DNA of 64,000 bases from an uncultured Acidobacteriota bacterium. Lineage in GTDB: Bacteria > Acidobacteriota > Thermoanaerobaculia > UBA5066 > Gp7-AA6. The stretch's first letter is position 1. Each line of letters begins with the position of its first letter. Location: positions 49,047-113,046 of the forward strand of contig CAVRRE010000008.1 in the NCBI GenBank assembly GCA_963723535.1. The letters run 5' to 3'. A program made the translations under genes and the position numbers. The notes below the pieces were generated by a model. That model was not told the DNA's origin, searched no databases, and worked only from the letters and a program-made list of their open reading frames with translations. This document shows positions 18,532 through 28,885 of this stretch, in pieces.

Positions 18532-20355
18532 CTACCAGCCGACCGGCTTGCCCTTGTTCTGCTCGTCGAGCCACTTCTGGAGCGGGGCGAAGTAGTCGCG
18601 GATGGCGGTCGCGTCCATCTGCCGCTGGCCCGTCAGGGCCTCGAGCGCATCCGGCCACGGCCGCGACTGCCCCATCGCGAGCGTGTCGCGCAGCCGCTTT
18701 CCGGCCGCGGCGTTTCCGTAGATCGAGCAGCGGTTCAAGGGGCTCGTGCAGCCCGCGGTCTTCGCCAGCGCGCGGTGGAACTGGAACTGGAGGATGTCCG
18801 CGAGGAAGTAGCGGGTGTACGGAACGTTCGCCGGCACGTGGTACTTCGCGCCCGGATCGAAATCGTCCGCCGAGCGCTCGACGGCGGGAGCGACTCCCTG
18901 GTACTTCCGCCGCAGCTCCCACCACGCCTTGTTGTAGTCGGCCGGCGAGATCTCGCCCGCGAAGACCTTCCAGCGCCACTGGTCGATCAGGAGGCCGAAG
19001 GGCAGAAACGCCACCTTCTCCAGCGCCCTCTGCAGGAGAAGGCCGATGTCCTTCGAGGCATCCGGCGCCGAGGAGATGAGGCCGAGCTTCACGAGGTATT
19101 CCGGCGTGACCGAAAGCGCGATCGTGTCGCCGATCGCCTCGTGAAAGCCGTCGTTGGCGCTGTCGCGGAAAAGAACCGGCTGGTGGTTGTAGGCGCGCTG
19201 GTAGTAGTTGTGGCCCAGCTCGTGGTGGATCGTCACGAAGTCCTCGGCCGTGATGTCGATGCACATCTTGATCCGCAGATCGTCGACGTAGTCGAGGTCC
19301 CAGGCGCTCGCATGGCAGACGACCTCGCGATCCGCGGGCTTCGTGAACATCGAGCGTTCCCAGAACGTCTTCGGCAGAGGGTCGAAGCCGAGCGAGCTGA
19401 AGAAGCCCTCGCCATACTTGACCATCTGGATCGCATCGGTCTTGCGCGACTTCAGGATCTGCGTCAGGTCGTAGCCGGGATCGGCCCCCTGGGGAGCGAC
19501 GAGCCGGTAGACGTTGTCCCACGTCTGGGCCCACATGTTCCCGAGAAGGTGCGCGGGGATCGGGCCCTTTGCGGGGACGACGTCGCCGTACCTCTCGCGA
19601 AGCTTCCACCGCACGTACGCGTGGAGCGACACGTACAGGGGCCGCACCTGCTCCCAGAGCCGATCGACTTCCGCCGCGAAGTCGCCGGGCGGCATGTCGT
19701 ACTTGGAGCGCCAGAGCGCGCCCGCATCCTTGTAGCCCAGCTCGCGCGCGCCCTTGTTGGCGAGCTCGACGTACCGGACGTAGCTGGGCTTGATCGGGGG
19801 AGCGACGGAGTGCCAGCCGGCCCAGACATCGAGGAGCTGCTTCGCGTCGCGGGACGTGGCCATGATCTTCGTGATGTCCTCGAGGTCGAGACACTTGTCT
19901 TTCTCGGGACAGTACTTGCCCTTGCCGTACATGCCCTCCATCGCCGCGCCCAGGCGCGTCAGCTCCGCGGCTTCGGCCGGATCGGCGGGAGCCGCCGCTG
20001 TCAGCGAAAGCTTGAGGAGCTTCAGCTTCCGCGCCGTCTCGGGATCGACACTGATGCCATCGAAACGCGTGGCCTGCTTGGCGTACGCCACACCGGCGGA
20101 GATCGCCTTCTCGTTCGCCTGGGCGGCCAGGATCTCTGTGTCGTCGGTGATGTAGGTCGACTTGACCCAGTCCGCCCGGCCGGCGACGATCCAGAGCTTG
20201 AGCAGTTCCTGCTCGGCGTCGTCGACGAACTTTTTGGCCTCTTCCGCCGTAGGGGGTTTTGTGGCGGCTGCCGGAGTCTGGGCGCTCGCCTCAGCGGACA
20301 CGAGCCCACCCAGCAGACAAAACCCGGCCGCGAGGCCGGAGAACCGACTCTGCAT
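18532..20355 (-). CDS. secreted peptidase family M2 (angiotensin-converting-enzyme-like peptidyl-dipeptidase)
   Basis: Signal peptide, then HHELGHNYYQ ... HEAIGD (HExxH + E zinc site) in an ACE-like context (..VCHASAWD..FLADILQFQFH..). Confidence 0.85.
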   Translation of the reverse strand: MQSRFSGLAAGFCLLGGLVSAEASAQTPAAATKPPTAEEAKKFVDDAEQELLKLWIVAGRADWVKSTYITDDTEILAAQANEKAISAGVAYAKQATRFDGISVDPETARKLKLLKLSLTAAAPADPAEAAELTRLGAAMEGMYGKGKYCPEKDKCLDLEDITKIMATSRDAKQLLDVWAGWHSVAPPIKPSYVRYVELANKGARELGYKDAGALWRSKYDMPPGDFAAEVDRLWEQVRPLYVSLHAYVRWKLRERYGDVVPAKGPIPAHLLGNMWAQTWDNVYRLVAPQGADPGYDLTQILKSRKTDAIQMVKYGEGFFSSLGFDPLPKTFWERSMFTKPADREVVCHASAWDLDYVDDLRIKMCIDITAEDFVTIHHELGHNYYQRAYNHQPVLFRDSANDGFHEAIGDTIALSVTPEYLVKLGLISSAPDASKDIGLLLQRALEKVAFLPFGLLIDQWRWKVFAGEISPADYNKAWWELRRKYQGVAPAVERSADDFDPGAKYHVPANVPYTRYFLADILQFQFHRALAKTAGCTSPLNRCSIYGNAAAGKRLRDTLAMGQSRPWPDALEALTGQRQMDATAIRDYFAPLQKWLDEQNKGKPVGW

Positions 20356-20426
20356 GAAGCCCTCCCGAATGTCGCTTGCTCTCGTGCAACGAGAGGGGAA
20401 TCTACAACAGGCCGCGGCAGTCGGGT

Positions 20427-21906
20427 CTACCCCGTCCGCACGAAGTCGATGAATCCGCGCTCGACGTCGGTCGAGATGAGCTTGACGCGCAGCTTGTCGC
20501 CGACCTCGAGGCCCTCCCAGCCGTGGACCAGCTTGCCCTCGACCGGAGGCTGGAAGATCCGGACCCAGGTGCCCTTCTCCGACGCTCCGGTGACGACCCC
20601 TTCGAAGCGCTGGCCGATCCGCTGCTCGAGAAGAAGCGCCGCGGCGGACTTGCGCACGAGCCTTTCGACTTTGTCGGCGTCGTCCTCCTGATCCGTGCAG
20701 TGCGCGGCGAGGGCGTGAAGCTCCGCCGTCTGGTACGGCACGGGCTCGCCCGCGAGCGCCGCCTTGAGGAGGCGCTGGGTGATGAGGTCCGGAAAGCGGC
20801 GATTGGGAGCGGTCGAGTGCGTGTAGTCGCGCACCGCGAGACCGAAGTGTCCGATGGGACGTCTGGCCCGATTGCTCGACGACGTACTCTCCCGCGCCCA
20901 TCAGCTTGACGATGACGAGGGAGAGGTCCGGAAAGCGGAGGGGGTCCGCCCGGCGGCGGCGGACGAGAAAGGCCTCGAGGGCGCGCGCGTCGGGCTCCGC
21001 CGGGAGTCGGTCGCCGGTCTCGGCCGCGACGGCCACGATCTTCTGCCAGCGCTCGGGCGAACGGACGACGCGGCGGAGGGAAGGGACGCCCTCGCGCGCC
21101 AGAAACCGCGCCGTCGCTCCGTTCGCCGCGATCATGAAGTCCTCGATGAGCTGTCGCGCCCGGTTCTTCTTCTGGACCGCGAGATCGACGACGGTATCGT
21201 TCTCGAAGACCGCTCGCGGCTCGATCGTCTCCAGATCGAGCGCGCCTTCCTCGTGCCGGCGGGCGCGCAACGCCTGCGCCGCCGCGTCCTGGGTGCGCAG
21301 CTGCTCGACGACGCCCGGGATCGCCTGCGCCTTCTCGGGAAAGGACCCTCCCTCGAAACCGACGGACACGGCGTCGTACGCGAGCTTGGCGTGGTTGCGC
21401 ACCGCCGCGCGGTAGAGCTCGCAGCGGCCGAGCTGTCCGTCGCCCGCCACCACCATGTCGGCGACGACGGCGAGGCGGTCCTCGCCTTCGTTCAGCGAGG
21501 TCCAGTCCGTCGAGAGCTTTTCCGGGAGCATCGGGAAGATCTCCGCCGCCGTGTAAACGCTCGTCGTGTTCGTGCGCGCGTGGACGTCGATCGCCGAGCC
21601 CTTCTCGACGACCGCATCCACGTCGGCGACGGCGACCAGGATGCGCGAAGCGCCTCCGGCGAGTGTCTCGGAGACGGTGAGCTGGTCGAGGTCTTTGGAG
21701 TCGTCGTTGTCGATCGAGACCCAGAGCCACTCGCGCAGGTCCCGGATCCCGTCGCCCGAGGGCCGCGCCGGCCCACGGAGGGCCGAAAGCTCCGCGAGCA
21801 CGTCGCGCGAGAAGTCCGGTTCGAGCCCCTTCTCGACCATCGCGCGGCGGGCGATGGCCTTCAGGTCCGCGCGGTCATGGCGGGCATTTCGTCCGTCGCG
21901 TGCCAC
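20427..21906 (-). CDS. RNase II/R-family 3'-5' exoribonuclease (RNB + S1 domains); apparent frameshift near 20857
   Basis: RNB motifs (..SIDNDDSKDLDQL..IEDFMIAAN..), then GHFGLAVRDYTHSTAPNRRFPDL and an S1-like C-terminus in another frame. Confidence 0.8.
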
Positions 21907-21958
21907 GCGCGGGAGTCTATGCGACGAAACGGGCTTCGCTCGCAGGCGCTCGTCGCTC

Positions 21959-22768
21959 TCAGTCCTGGCGCGTATACGGGAATCGCACCGGCTCCCGGCC
22001 GTTGAACTTGACGACGTCGAAGCAGGGAGACAGGTCGAAGTCCTGCGGGACGCAGAGGCTCGGGTGGCGGGCCTTCAGGAATCCGCTGTAGGCGCTCCGC
22101 GTCGGCCGGCCGAAGATCCGCTCGCGCAGCCGGCTCCGCTTGACCGCGCGGCGGCGGATGTGAAGCGGCAGAATCGAAAGGCCGACTCTCTCGAACGCCT
22201 CGGCGAGAAACGACGAGCAGATCGTCTCGGTGTCCTTGCCGCTGCCGAAGTGCAAGGCGTCCTCCCGGAGCCTCATGGGGACCAGTCGCAGAGGAAGGAG
22301 GTAGCGGAACAGATCCAGGATGTTGCGGCGGTCGTAGTGAAATCCCAGACGCGCCACGGCCTCGTCGAGCACGGTCTTGATGCGCTCCGGCGTCAGACCG
22401 ATCGGACGGCACACCCGGATGTTGAAGTCGATGTACTTGACGAGCGGTGAGACGACGACGCCCCGGTCCACCAGAGCCTCGACGATCAGGTAGCGCGATT
22501 CTCCGCCGAACTCGCGTCGGGTCTGAGCGCGCTGCGCCGGATCGCGCAGGAAGCGGCTTCCGACGAAGATTGCGCTGTGCGACCAGGGCGACATGGTGAG
22601 GTACTTGACGACCTGTGAGACGCGCTGATCGCCGTCCACGAGCACGACGTCCCCGGGGCGGATGCGGCTCTTCAGTCTCTCGGGGTCGTTGAAGACGTAG
22701 CGCCGATACTCCTGCCTCGGGCGCGTGATGCGCGCGACGACCCACTCGGCCAGCGCCTGGGGGGGCAC
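21959..22768 (-). CDS. YiiX/lipo-like permuted papain-fold (NlpC/P60 superfamily) protein
   Basis: ..GDVVLVDG..SPWSHSAIFVG.. and ..CSSFLAEAFE.. resemble the permuted Cys/His hydrolase family. Weak, motif-level call. Confidence 0.45.
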   Translation of the reverse strand: MPPQALAEWVVARITRPRQEYRRYVFNDPERLKSRIRPGDVVLVDGDQRVSQVVKYLTMSPWSHSAIFVGSRFLRDPAQRAQTRREFGGESRYLIVEALVDRGVVVSPLVKYIDFNIRVCRPIGLTPERIKTVLDEAVARLGFHYDRRNILDLFRYLLPLRLVPMRLREDALHFGSGKDTETICSSFLAEAFERVGLSILPLHIRRRAVKRSRLRERIFGRPTRSAYSGFLKARHPSLCVPQDFDLSPCFDVVKFNGREPVRFPYTRQD

Positions 22769-22784
22769 GGCTCCATTGTGCGCC

Positions 22785-24086
22785 TCATTTCGCGGACGGA
22801 ATGAGGATCAGCTCTTCCTGCGGCGGATTGAGGTATTCCGCTCCTTTTTCCGTCACGACGGCCATCTCCTCGACGGAGATGCCCTTGGTCGTCTTCGCCG
22901 AGGCGTCGAGCTCCCAGCAGAAGAAACCGTCGAAGGCGAAGGTCTGGCCCGGAGCCAGCCTGCGCAGCGAGCGCGGGTTCGGAGGCCGGTCGCTTTGCGC
23001 CCCCGAGAGCGTGGGGCCGAGGTCGTGCGCCCAGTAGCCGACGGGGTGCCCGGTGCCCCAGGGCATCGGCAGCGAGCCGGCTTCCTTCATCCAGGCGCGC
23101 TGCGCCTTGTCGACGTCGTATCCGGTGGCCCCCGGCTTCATCGCGGCGAGCGCGATGCGGCTTCCCTTCTTACCTTTCTCCCACTTCTCGATCGCCGACC
23201 TCGGCGCCTCCGTCTCCCCGGGCGCCAGCACGTACGCAAAGCGCTGAATGTCGGTGACCCAGCGGCCGTGCACCTTGATGCCGAAGTCCGTCTGGATGAA
23301 GTCGCCCGGCTGGATGATGCGGTCGGTCGCATGGGAGTGCCCACGATCGGGCCCGGAATTGACGTTGGGGTTCTGGTCCGGCGCCCAGGCGTCCTCGTAG
23401 CCGAGCTCGAGCATGCGTTTCTTCAGGTAACGCGCGACGTCGGAGTCGCGCGTCTTGCCCGGGACGACCTGCTTGTAAGCATCGATCTCCAGATCCGCGG
23501 TGACGGCCGCAGCGTGCCGCATGATCTCGACTTCCTCGGGAAGCTTCACCGAGAGCCACTCGATGACGAGATCCTCCGCGGAGACCAGGCGCGCCGACCA
23601 CTCCGGCCCGAGGGCCTTCTCGAGCTCTCGCCGCTGCGTCCACGACAGGCCGTCGGTCACAGGAGCGACGCCGGAGTTCACAGCGATCTTCCGCGGAGCT
23701 GCCCTCCGCAACGCCGCCGCGGCGGCCTCCCAAACGCTCTCTCCCGGCTCGAGCACGACGACCTCGTCGACGACGCCGACATCCTTCAGCGCCGTGGCTT
23801 CGCCCGTCGGGGAGATAGCTGCGGACGAAACTCGGCCGTCCTTGCGAAAGAAGAGAAACGCCGCGGTGCCGCCGGCGTTCTCGCCGCCGACGTGCGCCGC
23901 CAGGGGATCGTTGTCGTTCTCGCGACAGACCACGATCCACGCATCGACGCCGGCGCGCTCCATCGCCGCCGGCAGCAGCGTCCGGATCCGCTCCTTGCGG
24001 ATCCGGGGCCACGGGTTCTCGGAGGAGAGCGCGGGGACCGCGACGGAGACCAGGAGCGCCCACAGAGCCGCCGTGCGAAGTCGCAT
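22785..24086 (-). CDS. secreted M24-family metallopeptidase (Xaa-Pro aminopeptidase-like)
   Basis: Signal peptide, creatinase-like N-domain, and pita-bread motifs (..GDFIQTDFG..GHPVGYWAHD..VEEMAVV..). Confidence 0.8.
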   Translation of the reverse strand: MRLRTAALWALLVSVAVPALSSENPWPRIRKERIRTLLPAAMERAGVDAWIVVCRENDNDPLAAHVGGENAGGTAAFLFFRKDGRVSSAAISPTGEATALKDVGVVDEVVVLEPGESVWEAAAAALRRAAPRKIAVNSGVAPVTDGLSWTQRRELEKALGPEWSARLVSAEDLVIEWLSVKLPEEVEIMRHAAAVTADLEIDAYKQVVPGKTRDSDVARYLKKRMLELGYEDAWAPDQNPNVNSGPDRGHSHATDRIIQPGDFIQTDFGIKVHGRWVTDIQRFAYVLAPGETEAPRSAIEKWEKGKKGSRIALAAMKPGATGYDVDKAQRAWMKEAGSLPMPWGTGHPVGYWAHDLGPTLSGAQSDRPPNPRSLRRLAPGQTFAFDGFFCWELDASAKTTKGISVEEMAVVTEKGAEYLNPPQEELILIPSAK

Positions 24087-24106
24087 CGGCGGATGCTACC
24101 CCGGCA

Positions 24107-25381
24107 TCAGCTCCCTTCGACCGCCTGGCGCAGCGTGACGATCTCGACGAGCCCCGCGCAGCCATAGATCGCGGGCAGGACCTTCTCCGGCGGGTGGCGG
24201 CGCCGCAGGTCCGCGACCACTTCCGTGCCGGCGCGATAGGCGGGCAGGTTCATGCGTCCGAAGAGCGGGTGCTTACCCCACGCGCCCGCGAATTTTCCGG
24301 CGCGCTCCTCGGAGACGAGGCAGTCGCGCCGCAACGACGCCGCGATCTCCTCCTGCGGCGCGCCCTCGCCCCACGTCCGGTACGAGGCCTGGTTCTTCGC
24401 GTCGTCCTGGAGGTGCGCAAGCCAGAGGCCGATCTGCAGGTCCACGTCCGGGACCTGCTCGACTTCGGTCAGGCCCATGGCCATGAGCACGGCGTTGTTG
24501 CCGATCCCTTCGGCGAGGGTCCCCCAGCGCGTGTTCATTGCGAGGATCGTGGCCTCGAAGCCGACGCGTCCCTGCACGTAGAGGCCCTGCATGAGGGCCG
24601 CGGTGGTGACGTGGCCCGGCACGACCTCGTGGCCGACGAGCTGCTCGAACTCGGGCACGCTGATCTGGAGCGAGGCGTTGATCTCGTACAGCGCCTCGTA
24701 CTGCGGCGAGCCGTCCGAGTTGCGCGCGCGCCCGACGTAGCTCATGAAGCCCGAGAAGAAGGCGTCCTTGATCGGAACGAACGTCATGTTCGAGCGCGGG
24801 ACACCTTGTAACTCGGCTGGTAAATGCGGCGCGAGGTTCTTCGTCGTGCCGGCGTCGAACCGCGCGATGAACGCGTTCGCGAGCGTCGGAATCGTCTTCG
24901 GGGGCACCATGCGCTCGCGGCGCCAGGCGTCGACGGCGGCGAGGAGCTCCTCCCCTGTCTTCGAGGGATAGCCCGCGCGGGCGAGAAGCTCCGAAAGCCG
25001 GCGGCGCTTCTCCTCCGGCCGCGACGGCGACGGCGGCTTTCCCGTCGACGCCACGACGCAGCGGTCGTAGGAGACCGTCGGGCCACGGCCGAGGATCTCC
25101 ATCGAGAGGTCCCACATGGCGGACAGGCACTCGCCGAGGCCGTCGAAGAACGCGCCGCGCAGTCCTGGAAGCGCCTTGCCCTCTCGCCACACGGCGTCGA
25201 TCGCGCCCTTCACGTCCACGGCCGCGAGGTAGGCGTCAATGGCCGCGCGGTCGGGCTCTTTCGCGGCCACGCCGCCGCTCGCGCGGAGGGAGGCCGCGGC
25301 CGGATGCGTGTATGCCTCGGGCATGGGCGCGTCGGAGAACCAGGAGTCGACGACGGCGCGGCCCGTGCCCGAGGGGTTCAT
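24107..25381 (-). CDS. DUF885-family protein (putative metallopeptidase-like)
   Basis: HEVVPGH motif in a DUF885-like context. The start at ATG 25381 is tentative. Confidence 0.6.
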   Translation of the reverse strand: MNPSGTGRAVVDSWFSDAPMPEAYTHPAAASLRASGGVAAKEPDRAAIDAYLAAVDVKGAIDAVWREGKALPGLRGAFFDGLGECLSAMWDLSMEILGRGPTVSYDRCVVASTGKPPSPSRPEEKRRRLSELLARAGYPSKTGEELLAAVDAWRRERMVPPKTIPTLANAFIARFDAGTTKNLAPHLPAELQGVPRSNMTFVPIKDAFFSGFMSYVGRARNSDGSPQYEALYEINASLQISVPEFEQLVGHEVVPGHVTTAALMQGLYVQGRVGFEATILAMNTRWGTLAEGIGNNAVLMAMGLTEVEQVPDVDLQIGLWLAHLQDDAKNQASYRTWGEGAPQEEIAASLRRDCLVSEERAGKFAGAWGKHPLFGRMNLPAYRAGTEVVADLRRRHPPEKVLPAIYGCAGLVEIVTLRQAVEGS

Positions 25382-25455
25382 CACGTCGCCGCCCCACAGA
25401 GCGTCGATGCCGAGGAGCGCGGTCGCCGTCAGGGCGTCGAGGCGGCTCGAGTCCG

Positions 25456-27459
25456 TCAGGCGAGCTTCTCCTTCTTCATCGCCCCGAACCAGAGATAGCA
25501 ACTGATGAGGATGAAGGCGATGGAGCTCACGATCTGGGACACCGGATCGTTGTCGTAGAACGGCAGTTTGATCAGATCCTCCCGGTACCATCCGAAGAGA
25601 CGCAACCCCGCGCCGAAAAGGCCTCCCAGAGCCCCTCCGGCCATGAGACCCGAGGCGATGATGATCGCCCTCTCGCGCATCGTTTGCCCGGCCGCGCCGC
25701 CCGCCTTCTCCGACCGCTTCTGGACGTAGTGGGACATCACGCCGCCGACCAGCGCCGGCGTGTTGAGCTCGAGCGGCAGATACATACCGAGGGCCACGAT
25801 CAGCGGCGGGACCGCCAGCATCTCCATCGCGATGGTGATCATCGCGCCGACGGCGAAGAGCACGTACGCGACAGGCTGCCGGCTCATGAAACCCTCGACG
25901 AGCGCCTTCATGATCGAAGCCTGCGGCGAGGCGAGGATCGGCCGCGTGTCGCCCTGGGCGGCTTCGCCGAACTGATAGTTCTGCGCGAGCGCGACGATGG
26001 TGACGCCCACGACGATCGCGGAGCAGATGACGCCGTAGAACTTGACCTTCTCCTGCACGGCGGGCGTGGATCCCAGCCAGTAGCCCGTCTTCAGGTCCGT
26101 GATCGTCTGGCCCGACACCGACAGGGCCGTGCAGACCATGCCGGCGATCGCCATGACGAAAAACATGCCGGTCCGCCCCGAGACGCCGAACTCGAGCAGG
26201 ACGACCGACGAGATGATGATCGTGAGCATCGTCATCCCCGAGACGGGATTGCGGGCGGTCGTCGCGATCGCGTTCGCCGCCACCGACGTAAAGAAGAAGG
26301 AGAAGACGAGCGTCAGCCCGAGGCCGACGAGCGCGATGACGGCCGTGGCGCCGAGGTCTCCCAGGAAGATCGCGACGGCGACGGCGGAAACGACCACGCC
26401 GATGAGGATCTTCATGATCCCCATGTCGCGGTCGGTCCTCTCCGTGCCGGCGTGCTCGCCGTGCTTGAAGGCCTTCGCCGCGATCGTGAACGACCCCGCG
26501 ACGATCTTCAGCGACTTGATGATCCCGAAGATGCCGGCCGTGGCGATGGCGCCCACGCCGATGAACCGGACGTAGTAGCGGAAAATCTCTCCGGCGGCCA
26601 TCTTGGCGATCGGGACCGCGCCCGGGTAGATGACGGCGTCCGGGGCGAAGTGCTGGCCGAGAAACCAGATCAGGGGCACGAGCACGAGGTTGGAGAGCAC
26701 GCCGCCCGCGCACAGCAGGGTCGAGGCGCGCAGGCCCATGACGTAGCCGAGGCCGAGGATGAAGGAGATGGCGTCGAAGCGGAGCACCATCCGCGCCTTT
26801 TCGCCGATCGCGTGCACGACCGGCACAAACTGGAAGTCCAGCATCTCCTTCCATACCTGGAAGGTCGTCACGAAGAAGTCGTAGACGGCGGAGATCCCGG
26901 TCGCCTGCAGCAGCAGCCTCGCCTGCGAGCCCCCCTTCTCTCCGGTGACCAGCACCTCGGTGATCGCGGTGGCCTCCGGATACGGCAGCTCCCCGTGCAT
27001 GTCGCGCACGAAGTAGCGCCGCAGCGGAATGAGGAAGAGAACGCCGAGGCAGCCGCCGGCGAGGCAGATGAAGATGGTCTGCCAGGGGTGCGGGTCGAGC
27101 TTGAGGATATAAAGCGCCGGCAGTGTGAAGATCGCGCCGGCGACGACCGAGCCCGAGACGCCGCCGACTCCCGTGATGATGACGTTCTCGAGGAGGCTCG
27201 AACGCCGGCGGTAGACGCGCGCGAGGCCGATCGCGAGGATCGAGATCGGGATCGCGGCCTCCATGACCTGGCCGACCTTCAGCCCGGAGTAGGCGGAGGC
27301 GGCCGTGAAGATCGCGCAGAGGAAGAGCCCCCAGAGAACCGAGCGCCAGGTCGCCTCCGGCAGTTGCGCCGAGGGCGGCACGACGGGTTTGTAGGTTTCT
27401 CCCGGCTTCAGGGGTCGGTAGGCGTTCTCCGGCAGGGACTTCGTCTCGGACGCGTCCAT
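25456..27459 (-). CDS. OPT-family oligopeptide transporter
   Basis: 667-aa polytopic protein with about 16 TM segments and OPT-like conserved blocks (..EAAIPISILA..PYPEATAITEVL..). Confidence 0.85.
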   Translation of the reverse strand: MDASETKSLPENAYRPLKPGETYKPVVPPSAQLPEATWRSVLWGLFLCAIFTAASAYSGLKVGQVMEAAIPISILAIGLARVYRRRSSLLENVIITGVGGVSGSVVAGAIFTLPALYILKLDPHPWQTIFICLAGGCLGVLFLIPLRRYFVRDMHGELPYPEATAITEVLVTGEKGGSQARLLLQATGISAVYDFFVTTFQVWKEMLDFQFVPVVHAIGEKARMVLRFDAISFILGLGYVMGLRASTLLCAGGVLSNLVLVPLIWFLGQHFAPDAVIYPGAVPIAKMAAGEIFRYYVRFIGVGAIATAGIFGIIKSLKIVAGSFTIAAKAFKHGEHAGTERTDRDMGIMKILIGVVVSAVAVAIFLGDLGATAVIALVGLGLTLVFSFFFTSVAANAIATTARNPVSGMTMLTIIISSVVLLEFGVSGRTGMFFVMAIAGMVCTALSVSGQTITDLKTGYWLGSTPAVQEKVKFYGVICSAIVVGVTIVALAQNYQFGEAAQGDTRPILASPQASIMKALVEGFMSRQPVAYVLFAVGAMITIAMEMLAVPPLIVALGMYLPLELNTPALVGGVMSHYVQKRSEKAGGAAGQTMRERAIIIASGLMAGGALGGLFGAGLRLFGWYREDLIKLPFYDNDPVSQIVSSIAFILISCYLWFGAMKKEKLA

Positions 27460-27621
27460 CGGCCCTCCCGCGGCATTCGGGCTATCGTCGCCGGGCGTGC
27501 CCGCCGCAATTGCGGCGGATCTTACCGGACTCGGCGCGGACGCGAACCCCCACCCTCAGGCTTCGCCAAGAATCGGAAGCGGCGCGCGGCGCTATAGTCC
27601 GCGCGACAGAAGGAGACGATC

Positions 27622-28191
27622 TTGAGAACGAAACTCTTCTCCGCGGCGCTCGGAATCCTGCTCGCCGCCACCGCAAGCGCTCAGTCCGGAACGGCGCGCC
27701 CTCCCGCCCGAGAGCCGATCGCCGCGCCTCACGCCGACACGGTTTCGGTGGACGCCATTCTCGCCGCCCTCTACGCCTCGGTCAGTCACCCCGACGGCCA
27801 GGAGCCGGACTGGGCGAGGATGCGCAGGATCTTCCTTCCCGTGGGCATGATCGTCCCACCCAAGCGCCCCAGAGACGACATGTTCACGGTGATCGATGTG
27901 GACGGATTCCGCGACCGTGTGCGGAAGGGGGCGGCCGACGCGAAGGCGAAGGGCGAGTCGACCGCCTTCTTCGAGATGGAAGTCGCGCGCCGCCTCGACT
28001 GCTTCGGAGCCGTCTGCCAGGTCTTTTCGACCTACGAGGCCCGCCGCGCTCCCACCGACGAGAAACCCTTCGTCAGCGGCATCAACAGCATCCAGCTCCT
28101 CAATGACGGCCAGCGCTGGTGGGTCGCTTCCATCGTCTGGGACACAGAGCGGGAGAACAACCCCATCCCGCCCGAATACCGGAAGAAGTGA
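27622..28191 (+). CDS. secreted NTF2-like (SnoaL/DUF4440-like) protein, paralog A
   Basis: TTG start after GAAGGAGA, then a signal peptide. ..INSIQLLNDGQRWWVASIVWD.. is typical of NTF2-like cones. Family assignment is tentative. Confidence 0.5.
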   Translation: MRTKLFSAALGILLAATASAQSGTARPPAREPIAAPHADTVSVDAILAALYASVSHPDGQEPDWARMRRIFLPVGMIVPPKRPRDDMFTVIDVDGFRDRVRKGAADAKAKGESTAFFEMEVARRLDCFGAVCQVFSTYEARRAPTDEKPFVSGINSIQLLNDGQRWWVASIVWDTERENNPIPPEYRKK

Positions 28192-28201
28192 GGAGGCGGG
28201 A

Positions 28202-28882
28202 GTGAGAACGAGACTCTTCATCGCGGCGTTCGGGATCCTCGTCGCGACGTCCATGGCCGCCCAGTTCGGGGCGCCGACGCGCCCGCCGATGGCGCCGGTG
28301 GCCCCCGCTCCCGTCAAGCCCGTGTTCCTGGAGGAGACCATGCCGCCGCCCGGCGAGCCCTTCGAGCGCCGCACGCCCACGCCTCTGCGGTCCGGCAATC
28401 CGCAGGCCGCCTCCTCCGTCGCGGCCGACACGTCGTCGGTGGATGCCATCATCGCCGCGCTCTACGCCTCGGTGAGCCACCCCGACGGCCAGGACCCGGA
28501 CTGGGCGCGGATGCGCAAGATCTTTCTGCCGGTCGGCATGCTCGTCCCGCCCAAGCGCGGCAACCAGGACATGTTCACCGTTCTCGACGTCGACGGTTTC
28601 CGCGACATGTTCCGGCAGGGCATGGCGGCCGCCAAGCAGCGTGGCGAGACAAACGCCTTCTACGAGGTCGAAGTCGCCCGGCAGCTCGACTGCTTCGGCA
28701 ACGTCTGCCAGGCCTTCTCGACCTACGAATCCCGCCGAGCGCCCACCGACGAAAAACCGTTTACGAGGGGCATCAACAGCATCCAGCTGCTCAACGACGG
28801 CCAGCGCTGGTGGATCGCCTCCATCGTCTGGGACTCCGAGCGCCCGGACAACCCGATTCCGCCGCAGTACTCGAAGAAGTAG
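28202..28882 (+). CDS. secreted NTF2-like protein, paralog B (tandem duplicate with Pro-rich insertion)
   Basis: GTG 28202 and a signal peptide. The C-terminal ~150 aa are close to paralog A (DAIIAALYASVSHPDGQDPDWARMRKIFLPVGM...). Confidence 0.5.
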   Translation: MRTRLFIAAFGILVATSMAAQFGAPTRPPMAPVAPAPVKPVFLEETMPPPGEPFERRTPTPLRSGNPQAASSVAADTSSVDAIIAALYASVSHPDGQDPDWARMRKIFLPVGMLVPPKRGNQDMFTVLDVDGFRDMFRQGMAAAKQRGETNAFYEVEVARQLDCFGNVCQAFSTYESRRAPTDEKPFTRGINSIQLLNDGQRWWIASIVWDSERPDNPIPPQYSKK

Positions 28883-28885
28883 GCG

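Noticed and set aside
18499-20691. 730-aa plus-strand ORF
   Set aside because: It is antisense to the M2 peptidase gene with no motifs and Arg/Leu/Val/Asp-rich composition.
18532-21906. 1124-aa ORF that looks like an RNase II-M2 peptidase fusion
   Set aside because: The RNase II S1-domain C-terminus continues in another frame and stops at 20427. The M2 peptidase has its own start and signal peptide at 20355. The connecting segment is Arg/Gly-rich nonsense.
25312-27597. 761-aa plus-strand ORF, and the 915-aa minus ORF 24107..26854 upstream part
   Set aside because: Both overlap the OPT transporter gene, one antisense and one in an alternative frame, and encode Arg/Asp/Gly/His-rich low-complexity sequence. 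Only the 24107..25381 part of the minus ORF is protein-like.
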